DNA from: Candidatus Woesearchaeota archaeon
Lineage (GTDB): Archaea > Nanobdellota > Nanobdellia > Woesearchaeales > SKIA01
DNA length: 64,000 bases
Assembly (NCBI GenBank): GCA_046704725.1
Contig: JBJKRI010000005.1
Span: 96,001-160,000 of the forward strand
Reading direction: 5' to 3'
The notes under the pieces: generated by a model
Seen by the model: only the letters and a program-made list of their open reading frames with translations
Databases searched by the model: none
What the model was told of the DNA's origin: nothing
Translations under genes and position numbers: made by a program
In this document: positions 9,831 to 19,200 of the stretch, in pieces
How the letters are laid out: the number at the start of each line of letters is the position of its first letter
How positions within the stretch are numbered: the stretch's first letter is position 1

Positions 9831-9868
9831 GGTTCTTCCTCCGGCCTTGCGGCCGAAGTATCAGAGGG

Positions 9869-9900
9869 TGAAACGAGACATACTCTTTGCTGAAACGAGA
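9869..9900. promoter_or_regulatory. Direct repeat TGAAACGAGA x2, 22-bp spacing (candidate operator)
   Basis: Exact 10-mers at 9869-9878 and 9891-9900 upstream of the 9830->8854 genes. Confidence 0.5.
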
Positions 9901-9971
9901 ATGTGAGGGGGAAGCAGGGCCAGAAACGGTGTGTTGGGGGTATGCTTTGGCCCTGCCCCACCCACTCTCCG

Positions 9972-10160
9972 CTAGGAGGGTGAGACGCCGAGATCCTTCG
10001 CTGCCTGGACGGTGCTCTCGGCGTCACGGATCTTGCGCAGGGCGTTACGCTCGAACGCGGAGTCAGCGGCCTGCGTGATGTGGAGGCGCTGCGCCACGAC
10101 TGTTTGCGTAAGCCCTTTCGCCCGGAGGCGGAGGACTTCCTGCTCGCGATCCGTTAACAC
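9972..10160 (-). CDS. Small Tfx/LuxR-like HTH DNA-binding protein
   Basis: LTDREQEVLRLRAKGLTQ..VAQRLHITQA..SAFERNALRKI. Confidence 0.8.
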   Translation of the reverse strand: MLTDREQEVLRLRAKGLTQTVVAQRLHITQAADSAFERNALRKIRDAESTVQAAKDLGVSPS

Positions 10161-10170
10161 ATTGAATCAC

Positions 10171-10187
10171 TTGTACAGACTGTACAA
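10171..10187. promoter_or_regulatory. Perfect palindrome TTGTACAG-A-CTGTACAA (candidate operator)
   Basis: 8-bp inverted repeat between the divergent HTH gene and the GTPase gene. Confidence 0.5.
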
Positions 10188-10252
10188 CTGATATAATTTA
10201 TATCCTTTTCCGTGGTCAAAACGCTTAACAACAGCCATGGAGTCCACCCGGC

Positions 10253-11446
10253 ATGAAGATCGGGCTCGTGGGAAAGCCGTCGGCAGGGAAATCCACCTTC
10301 TTCAAGGCGGCCACGCTCATGGACGTGGACATCGCGAACTATCCCTTCACCACTATAGCGCCGAACACCGGCTTCGCGCACGTGCGCATCGACTGCGTGG
10401 ACGAGGAGCTGGGGGTGCAGTGCAACCCCCGCACGGGCTACTGCATCGAGCACCAGCGGTTCGTGCCATTCGAGCTCATGGACGTGGCGGGCCTGGTGCC
10501 CGGAGCGCACGAAGGACGGGGACGCGGCCTGGCGTTTCTGTCCGACCTCAACGAGGCCGACGGGCTCATCCACGTCGTGGACTGCTCGGGAAGCGTGAAC
10601 GCCGACGGCGAGGACGTGGAGGCAGGCAGCTACGACCCAGCGAAAGACGTGCGCTTTCTCACCGACGAGCTCGACTACTGGTACCTGGGCATCATCACCA
10701 AGAACTGGGAGCGCTTCGCGCGGCGTGTCCAGCAAGAGAAACAGGACGCGATCAAGGCGTTGGCCGAGCAACTGTCAGGACTGCGCGTCACCGAGGACCA
10801 CCTGAAGAGCGCTTTTTCCACGCTCGGACTGCCGCAGAACGTGACGGAATGGAAGGAGGATGAACTGCACGCGCTCGCGCGCGACCTGCGGCAGAAGACG
10901 AAGCCCATGGTGATAGCGGCCAACAAGATCGACCGGCCATCGGCGAGGGCGCATTACGAAAAGTTGGTGGAGGAGTTCCCTGGATTGACGATCATCCCCT
11001 GCAGCGCGGAGGTCGAGCTGGCATTGCGCGAAGCGGGAAAGCACGGCCTGATAGACTACCTGCCCGGGGACCAGACGTTCACCCTGAAAGACGATGCATC
11101 ACTTTCTGACGCGCAGAAGAAGGGACTGAACTACATGGCCGCGTTCCTCAAGGAGAACGGCGGAACAGGCGTGCAGCGCGTGCTCAACAGCGCCGTGCTC
11201 GACCTGTTGGGATACATAGCGGTCTATCCCGGCGGGACAAAGAAGCTCGAGGACAGCGAAGGACGCGTCCTCCCGGACTGTTTCCTCATGGCGCCCGGCA
11301 CGACGCCATTGGACTTCGCCCGCTCCCTGCACACCGACTTCGCCAAACACTTCATCAAGGCGATCAACGTCAAGACCCGATTGCCCGTGGGGAAGGACCA
11401 GCCGTTGTCGCACCGCGACGTCATCGAGATCGTCAGCGCGAAATAG
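10253..11446 (+). CDS. ychF: Archaeal YchF/Obg-family translation-associated GTPase with TGS domain
   Basis: GKPSAGKST, NYPFTTI, DVAGLVPGAHEGRGRG, ANKID, C-terminal TGS (LPDCFL...HTDF). Confidence 0.93.
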   Translation: MKIGLVGKPSAGKSTFFKAATLMDVDIANYPFTTIAPNTGFAHVRIDCVDEELGVQCNPRTGYCIEHQRFVPFELMDVAGLVPGAHEGRGRGLAFLSDLNEADGLIHVVDCSGSVNADGEDVEAGSYDPAKDVRFLTDELDYWYLGIITKNWERFARRVQQEKQDAIKALAEQLSGLRVTEDHLKSAFSTLGLPQNVTEWKEDELHALARDLRQKTKPMVIAANKIDRPSARAHYEKLVEEFPGLTIIPCSAEVELALREAGKHGLIDYLPGDQTFTLKDDASLSDAQKKGLNYMAAFLKENGGTGVQRVLNSAVLDLLGYIAVYPGGTKKLEDSEGRVLPDCFLMAPGTTPLDFARSLHTDFAKHFIKAINVKTRLPVGKDQPLSHRDVIEIVSAK

Positions 11447-11448
11447 GT

Positions 11449-11916
11449 CTATTTCTTGATCAGGCCGTACTTGTCGAGGAGGCGCTTGAACTCGACGTAC
11501 TCGTCCGAGCGACGGATCTCCTGGATCTCTTCGGAAGGCAGGCGGTTCACCCACTGCACGCAGATGCGCAGCATCTCCTTCACGTCGCTATCGACGGAAG
11601 GCTTCTTATCAGAGAGGACGGACAGGTCGACGTCATCCTCGGCGACAGCCTCGCGCGGCCGACTACCGAACATGCGCTTCCACCAGCTCTTGTGTTCGGG
11701 CTCGGCGAGCTCGAAATCATCGTCCTCGTGGGGGACGCTCTCGCCGCGAAGGACCGCCTCGACGTGCTCCCTGGGCACTTCTTCGGGCTTGGGAGGCTGC
11801 TTGTCCTCGGAGACGATCTCCACCTTGGGCACGATGCGGCTGAAAAAGCTCTTCCCGCCGCTCTTGCGCTCGCGAAGGTAACTGCCCATGTCCCGGTTGA
11901 AGTCCCGCTGGTCCAT
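11449..11916 (-). CDS. Hypothetical protein
   Basis: 155-aa charged ORF with typical codon usage and TTTATA upstream. Confidence 0.8.
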   Translation of the reverse strand: MDQRDFNRDMGSYLRERKSGGKSFFSRIVPKVEIVSEDKQPPKPEEVPREHVEAVLRGESVPHEDDDFELAEPEHKSWWKRMFGSRPREAVAEDDVDLSVLSDKKPSVDSDVKEMLRICVQWVNRLPSEEIQEIRRSDEYVEFKRLLDKYGLIKK

Positions 11917-11962
11917 CCCAGGGAAAGCAGGAGCCGTGAATATAAAGATTACTGCTCAAGAA

Positions 11963-12077
11963 TGGGGATGGAGGGATTCGAACCCCCGTCGGCCGGTATC
12001 TTCAATGGTCATCGGCCTTGCGACCTCAACGCTCCACTACTGGAGCCGGCTGTTCTACCAGGTTATACTACATCCCC
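11963..12077 (-). tRNA. tRNA-Trp(CCA) with 42-nt intron at position 37/38 (intron 11998-12039)
   Basis: GGGGATG acceptor stem, GCCGG-CTCCAG/intron/A-CCGGC anticodon arm, GGTTCGAATCC T-loop; relaxed bulge-helix-bulge. Confidence 0.92.
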
Positions 12078-12116
12078 AACCCGTTAGGAGTGTACGGACG
12101 AAGTGGCGGGCGTCTT

Positions 12117-12791
12117 TTAAAGATATAGGCTGTTGCTCGTCCGTCGCAGCGCGGGCAGGTCCAGCAAGGAGAAACGCGCATCCGCGCGCAAGCGAGCCAA
12201 CACAGATGGCGAAGAAGGCGGATTGAGACGCCGGACCCAGTCCCGGAAATCCCCCGCCTCGAACGTCGCGTACCCGTTCCGATCAGCGAGGCCGAGCACG
12301 CGCTTGTCCCAGCCGTACTGCTGCTTCTCCGATCGGACATCCCACCACCGGCTCCGCCGCGGATCGGTGAGGACGCTGAACTGCATACCACCCTCAAAGG
12401 CCCAATCCTCGGCGTGATGCAGCAGCATGTCCGGCCAATCGCTCTCGCCGAGCACCTTGTAGAACTTCCGACCGATCGGAGCGCCCTTCACCTGGAGCAC
12501 GTACATCGCGTCGCCATCGAGCACGAACTCCAGACCGGCGAGGAACGCTCCGGGACGAGATCCCTCCTCGAGGAGCGTGAGGCCGAAGGAATGCCACTCC
12601 TCGTACCATGGGCAAGGCGCTCCCGGCCCGTGACGGCGCAATAGAAGCCTTCTCTCCGGGACGCGAACCCCGTACGCCTGCGCGACGCCCGAGAGATCGA
12701 AACAGTCCATCGAGAAGAAGGACCGGAAATCGAGACACGGATAGTTCTTCGCGACGTCGCGCGCAGCCTCCTTGAACGGATGGAAATACAT
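12117..12791 (-). CDS. Hypothetical protein
   Basis: 224-aa ORF beginning 5 nt after the upstream surface-protein gene. Confidence 0.6.
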   Translation of the reverse strand: MYFHPFKEAARDVAKNYPCLDFRSFFSMDCFDLSGVAQAYGVRVPERRLLLRRHGPGAPCPWYEEWHSFGLTLLEEGSRPGAFLAGLEFVLDGDAMYVLQVKGAPIGRKFYKVLGESDWPDMLLHHAEDWAFEGGMQFSVLTDPRRSRWWDVRSEKQQYGWDKRVLGLADRNGYATFEAGDFRDWVRRLNPPSSPSVLARLRADARFSLLDLPALRRTSNSLYL

Positions 12792-12795
12792 CGCT

Positions 12796-15396
12796 CTACT
12801 CGTCGAAGGGCCTGCACAAACGGCAGGGGGAGTACCCGCCCTTCAAGGCCTCTTCGCGGCTCTTGTAGACGACGCGCTTCTCCTTGGAGATGCGCTGGGC
12901 GATCGGGCACTCGGCGCGGTGGATGCGCTTGCCGCCCTCGGAGGTCACGAAGACCTCTTTCTTGGGCGCGGCCTGGTTGATCACCTTGTCGCCAGCGATG
13001 ACATCACCGTGGACGGTCGGGCCCTTCACCTGCTCGGGCGTCTGCTCGACGCGCACGACAGGGGCTTGCGAGCCAGCGACGAGCTCGCGGACGGGCTTGC
13101 CGTAGCGCTCCTCGAGCTTCTTGTGCGGCAGCATCACCGCATAGATTGCGCAGAGCACGAAGAGCAGCGCGAGCAGCGCGAAGAAGATAGGACCGCAGAA
13201 CAGCGAGACGTAGTCGCCGAAGGAGTGCGGCACCAATCGCAGGACGCGCACCGTCATGACCGGGCTGTCCGTCGAGGCGCCCTTATTGTCCGTCGCGGTG
13301 AACACCACATGCTCCTCGCCGAAGAAGCCGCTCTGTGGCTTGAGGTAGGCTGTGGTGTTCTCGATGCGCACGGCCATGTGCTGCGGCTGGGACGAGGTGA
13401 ACGTGAGATTGTCGAGGTCAGGGTCGTAGAAGTACTTGGCCAGGTTGATGGTCAGGACGTTGCCCTGCGGGACCTCGTAGTAGAGGGCGGACGCGTTCGT
13501 GCCGTGCGGCGTCTCGGCGAGCTGCTGGGGCACGGTGACCTGGCTCGCGAGTATCGCCGCGACGATCAACGACAATACCATGAGCGCGAGCAGCACGGTC
13601 ACGATGGCGGGCTTGCTCGCTTCCTTGAAGGATATCTTTGGGAGCACCCCCGTGTAGGTGAGCAGCAAGACGATGAGCGCGAGCACGACGAGGACCACAC
13701 CGATGGCGACCAGCAGCAAGCACCAGTCGAGGCTGCCGGCGGCGCCGAAGGCGATGCTCTCGTACGCGCTGGTCAGCCAGCTCTTCTGCGAGACCTGGAA
13801 GCTCATGTCGTAGCGGTACTGGGAGCGCGGCGAGGTCAGGACGAGCGAACCGACGGTCGTGCCCTGGTTCTGCGAGAGGTTCGTCGGAATGAGGTGGAGC
13901 ACGGCCTGCTCGCCCGGAGCGAGGAAGACGCTCGTCGTGTTCAGCCTGAACAGCGGGCTGTTCCACTGCACCGCGTAGGTCGCGGCATCGATGCCCGTGT
14001 TCGTGATGAGGATGGGGACGACCTTGGCGTCCGTGTAGACCTTGTACTTGGTGTTCTCGGGAGCGACCATGGTGCAGTCCGCGTTGCTCACGGCGTGCAC
14101 AGGGATGTGCGTGGTCGTGGAGATGCCAGAGGACTGCGTGGCCGTCGCGGTCACGTCATAGGTCTGCGTGCGATCAGGGATCACCATTTGGAGGGTGACG
14201 TCCTTATGCTCGCCCGGACGCAGCCAGAACCGGCTCTGCACCGGGTGCGAGTAGATGTCGCCGCTGCTGGTGACAGTGAAGTTCTGCGCGTACATGCCGC
14301 GGTTCTGCACCTGCACGGTCACGTTCGTGGGGCCGGCGCACGCGGTCTGCTGCGCGGGCAGGGACTGGACGACCTGTTCGTAGCAGTCCTGCACCTGCAG
14401 GGGAGCGTCGAGCGTGTGTGTGGTACCGCCGAGCAAGGCCTTGGCAGTGATGCGAAGGTCCTGCGTGCCGAGGTCCGACTTGTGCGGCCGGAGCGTGACG
14501 GGGATGTCCACGGACTGTCCGGGAGCGAGCGAGACGTTCGTGACGCCGAGCGTCGCCCAGTACGGACCGTCTACATTGAGCGTGTAGGTGTTCGCCGTCT
14601 GCGCGGTGTTCGCGAGGTGCACGGTCATGGGCGTCGTGACCTCGGCGCAGACCGCCTGCTGGTTCGTCGTGAGCGCGAACTCGTAGTCCCACTGGATGTG
14701 CACGTCAGAGACGTGCGACTGCGAGACGCCCGTCTTGTCGGCGTGCGCGACGAATACCACTTGCTTGTTCCCGTACTCGCTGCAGCTGAAGCGCGCGACG
14801 GCATCGACGGTCTCGTTCTCGCCCGGAGCGAGCGCGAAGGACCGCCGGCTGAAGAGGACCTGCGCGGACGTGTCGGCCGAGAGGTTGTAGGTCTCGGTGT
14901 ACGTCGCGGTGTTCTGCACGGTCACCTCGTAACGGATCGGGCGGCAGGGAAGGACGTTGTCGTCGAGCTGCTGCACGGAGAGCCCGATGGGCTGGCAGGC
15001 CTCGACGGTGATGTCCCTGTTCGCCGCTCGATAGCGGCCGAACTGGCTGGTCGCGTAGATATTGTAATGGCTGGTGCCTGTGGTGCCGCACGGCGGCTGG
15101 AGCGTAACGGCGACCTGGGTCGCCTCTCCGGGCTGGAGGTCCACATGATTGCGGCTCACCCAGATCCAGGGCTGGCTCGCGTCGAGCGAGACCTGGTAGG
15201 AGGCGGGGAAATCCCCGAGATTATTGATGGTGAAGTAGTCCGTCGTCTGCCCGCAGGCGCAGACCTTGGTCTGCTGCGGCGCGGCGTTGAACTGCGCCTC
15301 GTGGCTGTAGGTCGTGACGCTGATGGCAGCGCTCGCTATCGGCGCGAGCAGCGCGAGGGCGAGCACGAGACTAATAATGCGTGATGAGTTCTTCAT
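12796..15396 (-). CDS. Large cell-surface protein: signal peptide, tandem Ig-like (COG1470/NEW3-like) repeats, 3 TM, cadherin-like domain, C-terminal Ada-type metal-binding domain
   Basis: Repeated N.G....Y...L.PGE...V motifs; YFYDPDLDNLTF..ATDNKG; IHRAECP...ALKGGYSPCRLCRP. Confidence 0.85.
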   Translation of the reverse strand: MKNSSRIISLVLALALLAPIASAAISVTTYSHEAQFNAAPQQTKVCACGQTTDYFTINNLGDFPASYQVSLDASQPWIWVSRNHVDLQPGEATQVAVTLQPPCGTTGTSHYNIYATSQFGRYRAANRDITVEACQPIGLSVQQLDDNVLPCRPIRYEVTVQNTATYTETYNLSADTSAQVLFSRRSFALAPGENETVDAVARFSCSEYGNKQVVFVAHADKTGVSQSHVSDVHIQWDYEFALTTNQQAVCAEVTTPMTVHLANTAQTANTYTLNVDGPYWATLGVTNVSLAPGQSVDIPVTLRPHKSDLGTQDLRITAKALLGGTTHTLDAPLQVQDCYEQVVQSLPAQQTACAGPTNVTVQVQNRGMYAQNFTVTSSGDIYSHPVQSRFWLRPGEHKDVTLQMVIPDRTQTYDVTATATQSSGISTTTHIPVHAVSNADCTMVAPENTKYKVYTDAKVVPILITNTGIDAATYAVQWNSPLFRLNTTSVFLAPGEQAVLHLIPTNLSQNQGTTVGSLVLTSPRSQYRYDMSFQVSQKSWLTSAYESIAFGAAGSLDWCLLLVAIGVVLVVLALIVLLLTYTGVLPKISFKEASKPAIVTVLLALMVLSLIVAAILASQVTVPQQLAETPHGTNASALYYEVPQGNVLTINLAKYFYDPDLDNLTFTSSQPQHMAVRIENTTAYLKPQSGFFGEEHVVFTATDNKGASTDSPVMTVRVLRLVPHSFGDYVSLFCGPIFFALLALLFVLCAIYAVMLPHKKLEERYGKPVRELVAGSQAPVVRVEQTPEQVKGPTVHGDVIAGDKVINQAAPKKEVFVTSEGGKRIHRAECPIAQRISKEKRVVYKSREEALKGGYSPCRLCRPFDE

Positions 15397-16201
15397 CTTC
15401 TTTCTCCTTTCTCCGGTTCCAGGCAATCGCCAGGATGATGAGCGCGATGAGCACGACCACGATGATGACAGAGACCAGCCACTGCGAGAATCCCTTGGCG
15501 GGCTCCGCGCTGAGCACGGCGAAAGCGCTGTCCAACCGCTCGTGGGTGTTGTCGTAATCGACGGTGAAGGTGACCTGATGCATGCCGAGCGGCGCGTCCT
15601 TGTCGATGCTGACGGACAGGTATGCCGTCCGCTCGCTGTTCGCGGGGATCGTGAGGTATTGTGTGGGCTCGACGGCGAAGGTGCTCCACGTGCGGGCGCC
15701 CTGCATGCCGAGCAGCACCTGCTTGGGCGTGCTATAGGTGTTGGTGATGGTGACGGGGAAGTAGACCGTGCTGCCCTGCGGGATGTTCCGCAAGGGGTCG
15801 AAGGTCACGTGGATGGTGTCCGTGGAATAGTTCTGCTGCGGCAGCGTCGGGAGCGGAGTGACCTCGACGCGATAGGCCTGCTGGATGCCCGGACCGTACT
15901 CGGGAACGACGCGCAGCTCCATGCGCTGCGGGCCCGTGTAATCGGACGGGATGGGATACGTCTTGTCGAAGCGATAGACCAGGCCGGCCTGCGCGACCTG
16001 ATGGTCGTTGATCGCGCCGGGCAAGGTGATGTCCGTGGCCACCTGCCCGAGGGATGTGTCTCCCATGAGGGTGTACGCGACCTCGAGGTTCGATCCCGGA
16101 GCGACGGGCTGCGGCGTGACAGAAAGCTGGGTGATGCGCGGGACGGCCAGTACGCTCGAGGCGCACAGGACGAGCACCGCTATCAGCATCACGCTTCTCA
16201 T
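15371..16201 (-). CDS. Secreted Ig-like protein with C-terminal membrane anchor
   Basis: Signal peptide, two beta-sandwich-like domains, C-terminal TM plus RRKEKEDEELITHY tail. Confidence 0.85.
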   Translation of the reverse strand: MRSVMLIAVLVLCASSVLAVPRITQLSVTPQPVAPGSNLEVAYTLMGDTSLGQVATDITLPGAINDHQVAQAGLVYRFDKTYPIPSDYTGPQRMELRVVPEYGPGIQQAYRVEVTPLPTLPQQNYSTDTIHVTFDPLRNIPQGSTVYFPVTITNTYSTPKQVLLGMQGARTWSTFAVEPTQYLTIPANSERTAYLSVSIDKDAPLGMHQVTFTVDYDNTHERLDSAFAVLSAEPAKGFSQWLVSVIIVVVLIALIILAIAWNRRKEKEDEELITHY

Positions 16202-16254
16202 TGTCGCCGAGAACGTGATTTTCTATATAAACATTGGCCTTTCGTCCCCATCCA

Positions 16255-19200
16255 TTAGTGATGACGGCGAGGGCGTTTCTTATGGACGCGTGGCTGCTTG
16301 TGCACACGCAACGCGGCGACGATCGCGATCGCGACGATCAGGGCGACGAGCACGATCCACAACACATCCCACGCAGTGAAACCGCCCCTGCTGGTGTGCG
16401 GCACGTTCGAGAGGGGCACAACATGGGCGACGAGATAGACATCCTTCTGCGAACCGTCGGTGGTGAGGGTGACGCGGAACGGGTACTGTCCCTCGGGCGT
16501 CGCCTTGGGAGCGAAGACGCGCAGGTCGGTGTGCAAGGTCTGGCCCGCCGGGACCACGACGACGTTGCCCGACTCGAAGACGTAATCGCCCCACGGCAAT
16601 ATGCCGTCGGCCGCGAGCATGTAGGTGCGCGATGTGGAACCGTCATTGCTGATGGTGAGCGGGAACACGCCGCCCTGGGAACTGCCGGCGAGCACATCCT
16701 GCATCTGGTAGAACGAGGCGTTGGTGCCGCCCGCTCCGGGAGCGCACGTCTTCGACGGGTCGACACGCAGGTTGGTGCCCTTCTGGGACTGGACGCCGGC
16801 GCCCTGCACGCCGCACAAGACGAGGTACGTCCCCGGTTGGCTGCACACGGGCAGGCGCAGGTTCAACGTGCGCGAGGTCATCTGTCCGGGCTGGAGGCTG
16901 AGGATGGTGTGGCCTTGCTCGACGCCGAGGCTCGGGATCGCCGCTGAGAGGCGGGCGTTCTGCAAGGCGTGGTCGAGGTTGTTTGTGACGATGACATCGA
17001 CGGGAGCGTACAGGCCGCCCGACAAGCCCTGCGTCTGCTGGAGCTGGCACTGGACCATGACATCGCACGCGTCGCCGCGCCCGTCATGGTTGCTGTCGAT
17101 CTGGGAGGGGTTGTACGCCAACGGGCAGTTGTCCTTGGAGTCGATGACGCCGTCGCAATCCGTATCGTCCTGGAAGACGCCGTTCACCTTGATGGCGCAG
17201 GTCTTGGACGGCGGGATGCCCGGACCGAGGACGGGCGGTGGGTAGAAGCCGTTGTCGTTGGTCAGGTCATGGTTGACGACGGTGAAGGTCGCGCTGTCCG
17301 TCGCCTGGGTGCAGCCGCGCACGCCGAAGGTGATGGCTTCGGAGATCTGGCCGACCGGTGACGAGGACGAGAAGATGTTCTTGTCGAAGCCAACGTGCAC
17401 GGTCGAGTCGTTCGCGATGGTGACAGAGAGGAACTTGCTGCCCGTCGCGGTGTAGCGCAGGCCCGTCGTGTCCACGCCCTGCACGTAATCGCCGAGCTTG
17501 AAGTCGTCGAAGTGTTCGTCCGACTGGATGATCTGGTCGGGGATGCCCGCGATGATGGGCGCGACAGAACTCGTGGGCAATGTGTTGTAGGTGACCGTCT
17601 GCGTCGAGGTGCGTCCCTTGTCATCGGTGAGGGTGATGGTGAGCGTCTCGGTGAACGGACCGCTCTGGAGAGGGTCGGTCACGTTGAGGACGTGCGTGTT
17701 CGGGTCCAGGTGGACCTGCAGACGCTGGTTGCCTGAGACGGAGAGATGATAGTTGTTCTTGATGGCGTCATCCACGATGTAGTTGTCCAGGTCGATGCTC
17801 GGGAACGAGCTGCCGCAGGTGAGCACCTGGTTGGGGATGGGCAGGATGTAGGGCGCCTTGTCCACCGAGGGGACCGTCGTCTGTCCCGTGCCTGTGAGGA
17901 TGATGCGCGCGCTCGCCGTGCGCCCGTTGGCGAGGTGGGCGGTGTTCCATATCGTGGACTGCACGCCAGGGTCGAGGTCGCTGCTGCTCACCTTCGCTTG
18001 GTAGCTGATCGTGGCTGTGGACTGCGCGGGGATATTGTAGAGCGTGAGCCCGTTGCCGTCGGCGACGCTGCCCGATGTGGCGACGTAGAAGGTGCCGGAG
18101 GGGCCTGTTCCCGTCACGTACTGGTTGCCCAGGAAGGTGACCGAACCGCCGTTGGTGCCCTGGATGACGCCGCCGTCCTCGCCGAGGGTGTCCGTCACGG
18201 TAGTGTTGCCTGCGGAATCACCGTTGTTGCGCACGGTGATCGTGTAGCCGACGACATTGCCGTTCGATGGCTGGTTATTGGTGACGGCCTTGGTGACCGA
18301 GAAGTCGGGACCTTGCCCAGGACCGGGGATGACCTGCCCGCTGGGCGAGACGGTGAGGGTGGCCGACGAGCTCTTCGTCACGCCGTCGGCGACAGCGGTG
18401 GCCGTGTTCGTGATGGTGTCTTGCGTCGGTGCTGAGCTGACGTCCGCCTGGTAGGTGATGGTTGCCGTGCCGTTCAGGTTCGTGATATGCAGTCCGTTGC
18501 CGATGCTGCCATAGGCGTAACCGTCATGGGAGAAGACGACGGAGGTGCCGCCGTAGACATAGGTGGCGGTGGCGCCCGCGCTGCCCGTCAACGTCTTGGA
18601 TTGCGTGAAGCTGTCGGTGAGGTCCACGGTGGATGCTGTCCCCGAGACGGTGATGGTGTAGGTGACGCGACCGTCCTTGACCGTGGTCGGAGCGACGGTC
18701 TTGGAGATCGTGACGCCCGTAGAGGGGGTCGTGCCGCCTGTCGTGAGGTATACGCTCGCGCTCGCGGATTTCGTGGTGCCGTCGGCGAGCGTGGCCTTGG
18801 CGATGTTCGCGAGGTACTGCGCTGTGGATCCGGCGGTGGCGACCGCCGAATAGGTGATCGTGGCGGTGCCGTCGAGGTTGCTGAAGACATAGCCGCCGCC
18901 GGCCTGGCGATAGTAGCTGCCGGACGGGTCGTTCACGATCGGCGTTCCGGTCAGCGTGAGGGCGGCGCCGTTGGTCCCTGAGATGCCGCCACTGAGCAAG
19001 CCGTCGGCGAGCGTGACCGAGCTCTCCTGACCGCTGAGCGTGATGGTGTAGGTCGCGGACTGGCCATCTGTGAGCGTGCCGGTGCTCGCGGCCTTGCTGA
19101 TGGAGAATGTGGACGCGCTTGCCGCGCAGGCGGACGGGTCCTGGCTGGGGTTGAATGTGCAGGGGCAATTGTCGATGTTGTCGGGGACCTTGTCGCGGTC

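Noticed and set aside
8731-12077. Possible integrated element between tRNA-Leu and tRNA-Trp
   Set aside because: No integrase or duplicated tRNA 3' end seen; includes the core ychF-like gene
12772-15384. 870-aa + strand ORF and other long antisense or alternate-frame ORFs (e.g. 1486-3201, 32788-34545, 55319-56980, 36815-38530)
   Set aside because: Shadow ORFs caused by high GC3 of real genes; Arg/Ala/Gly-rich with no motifs
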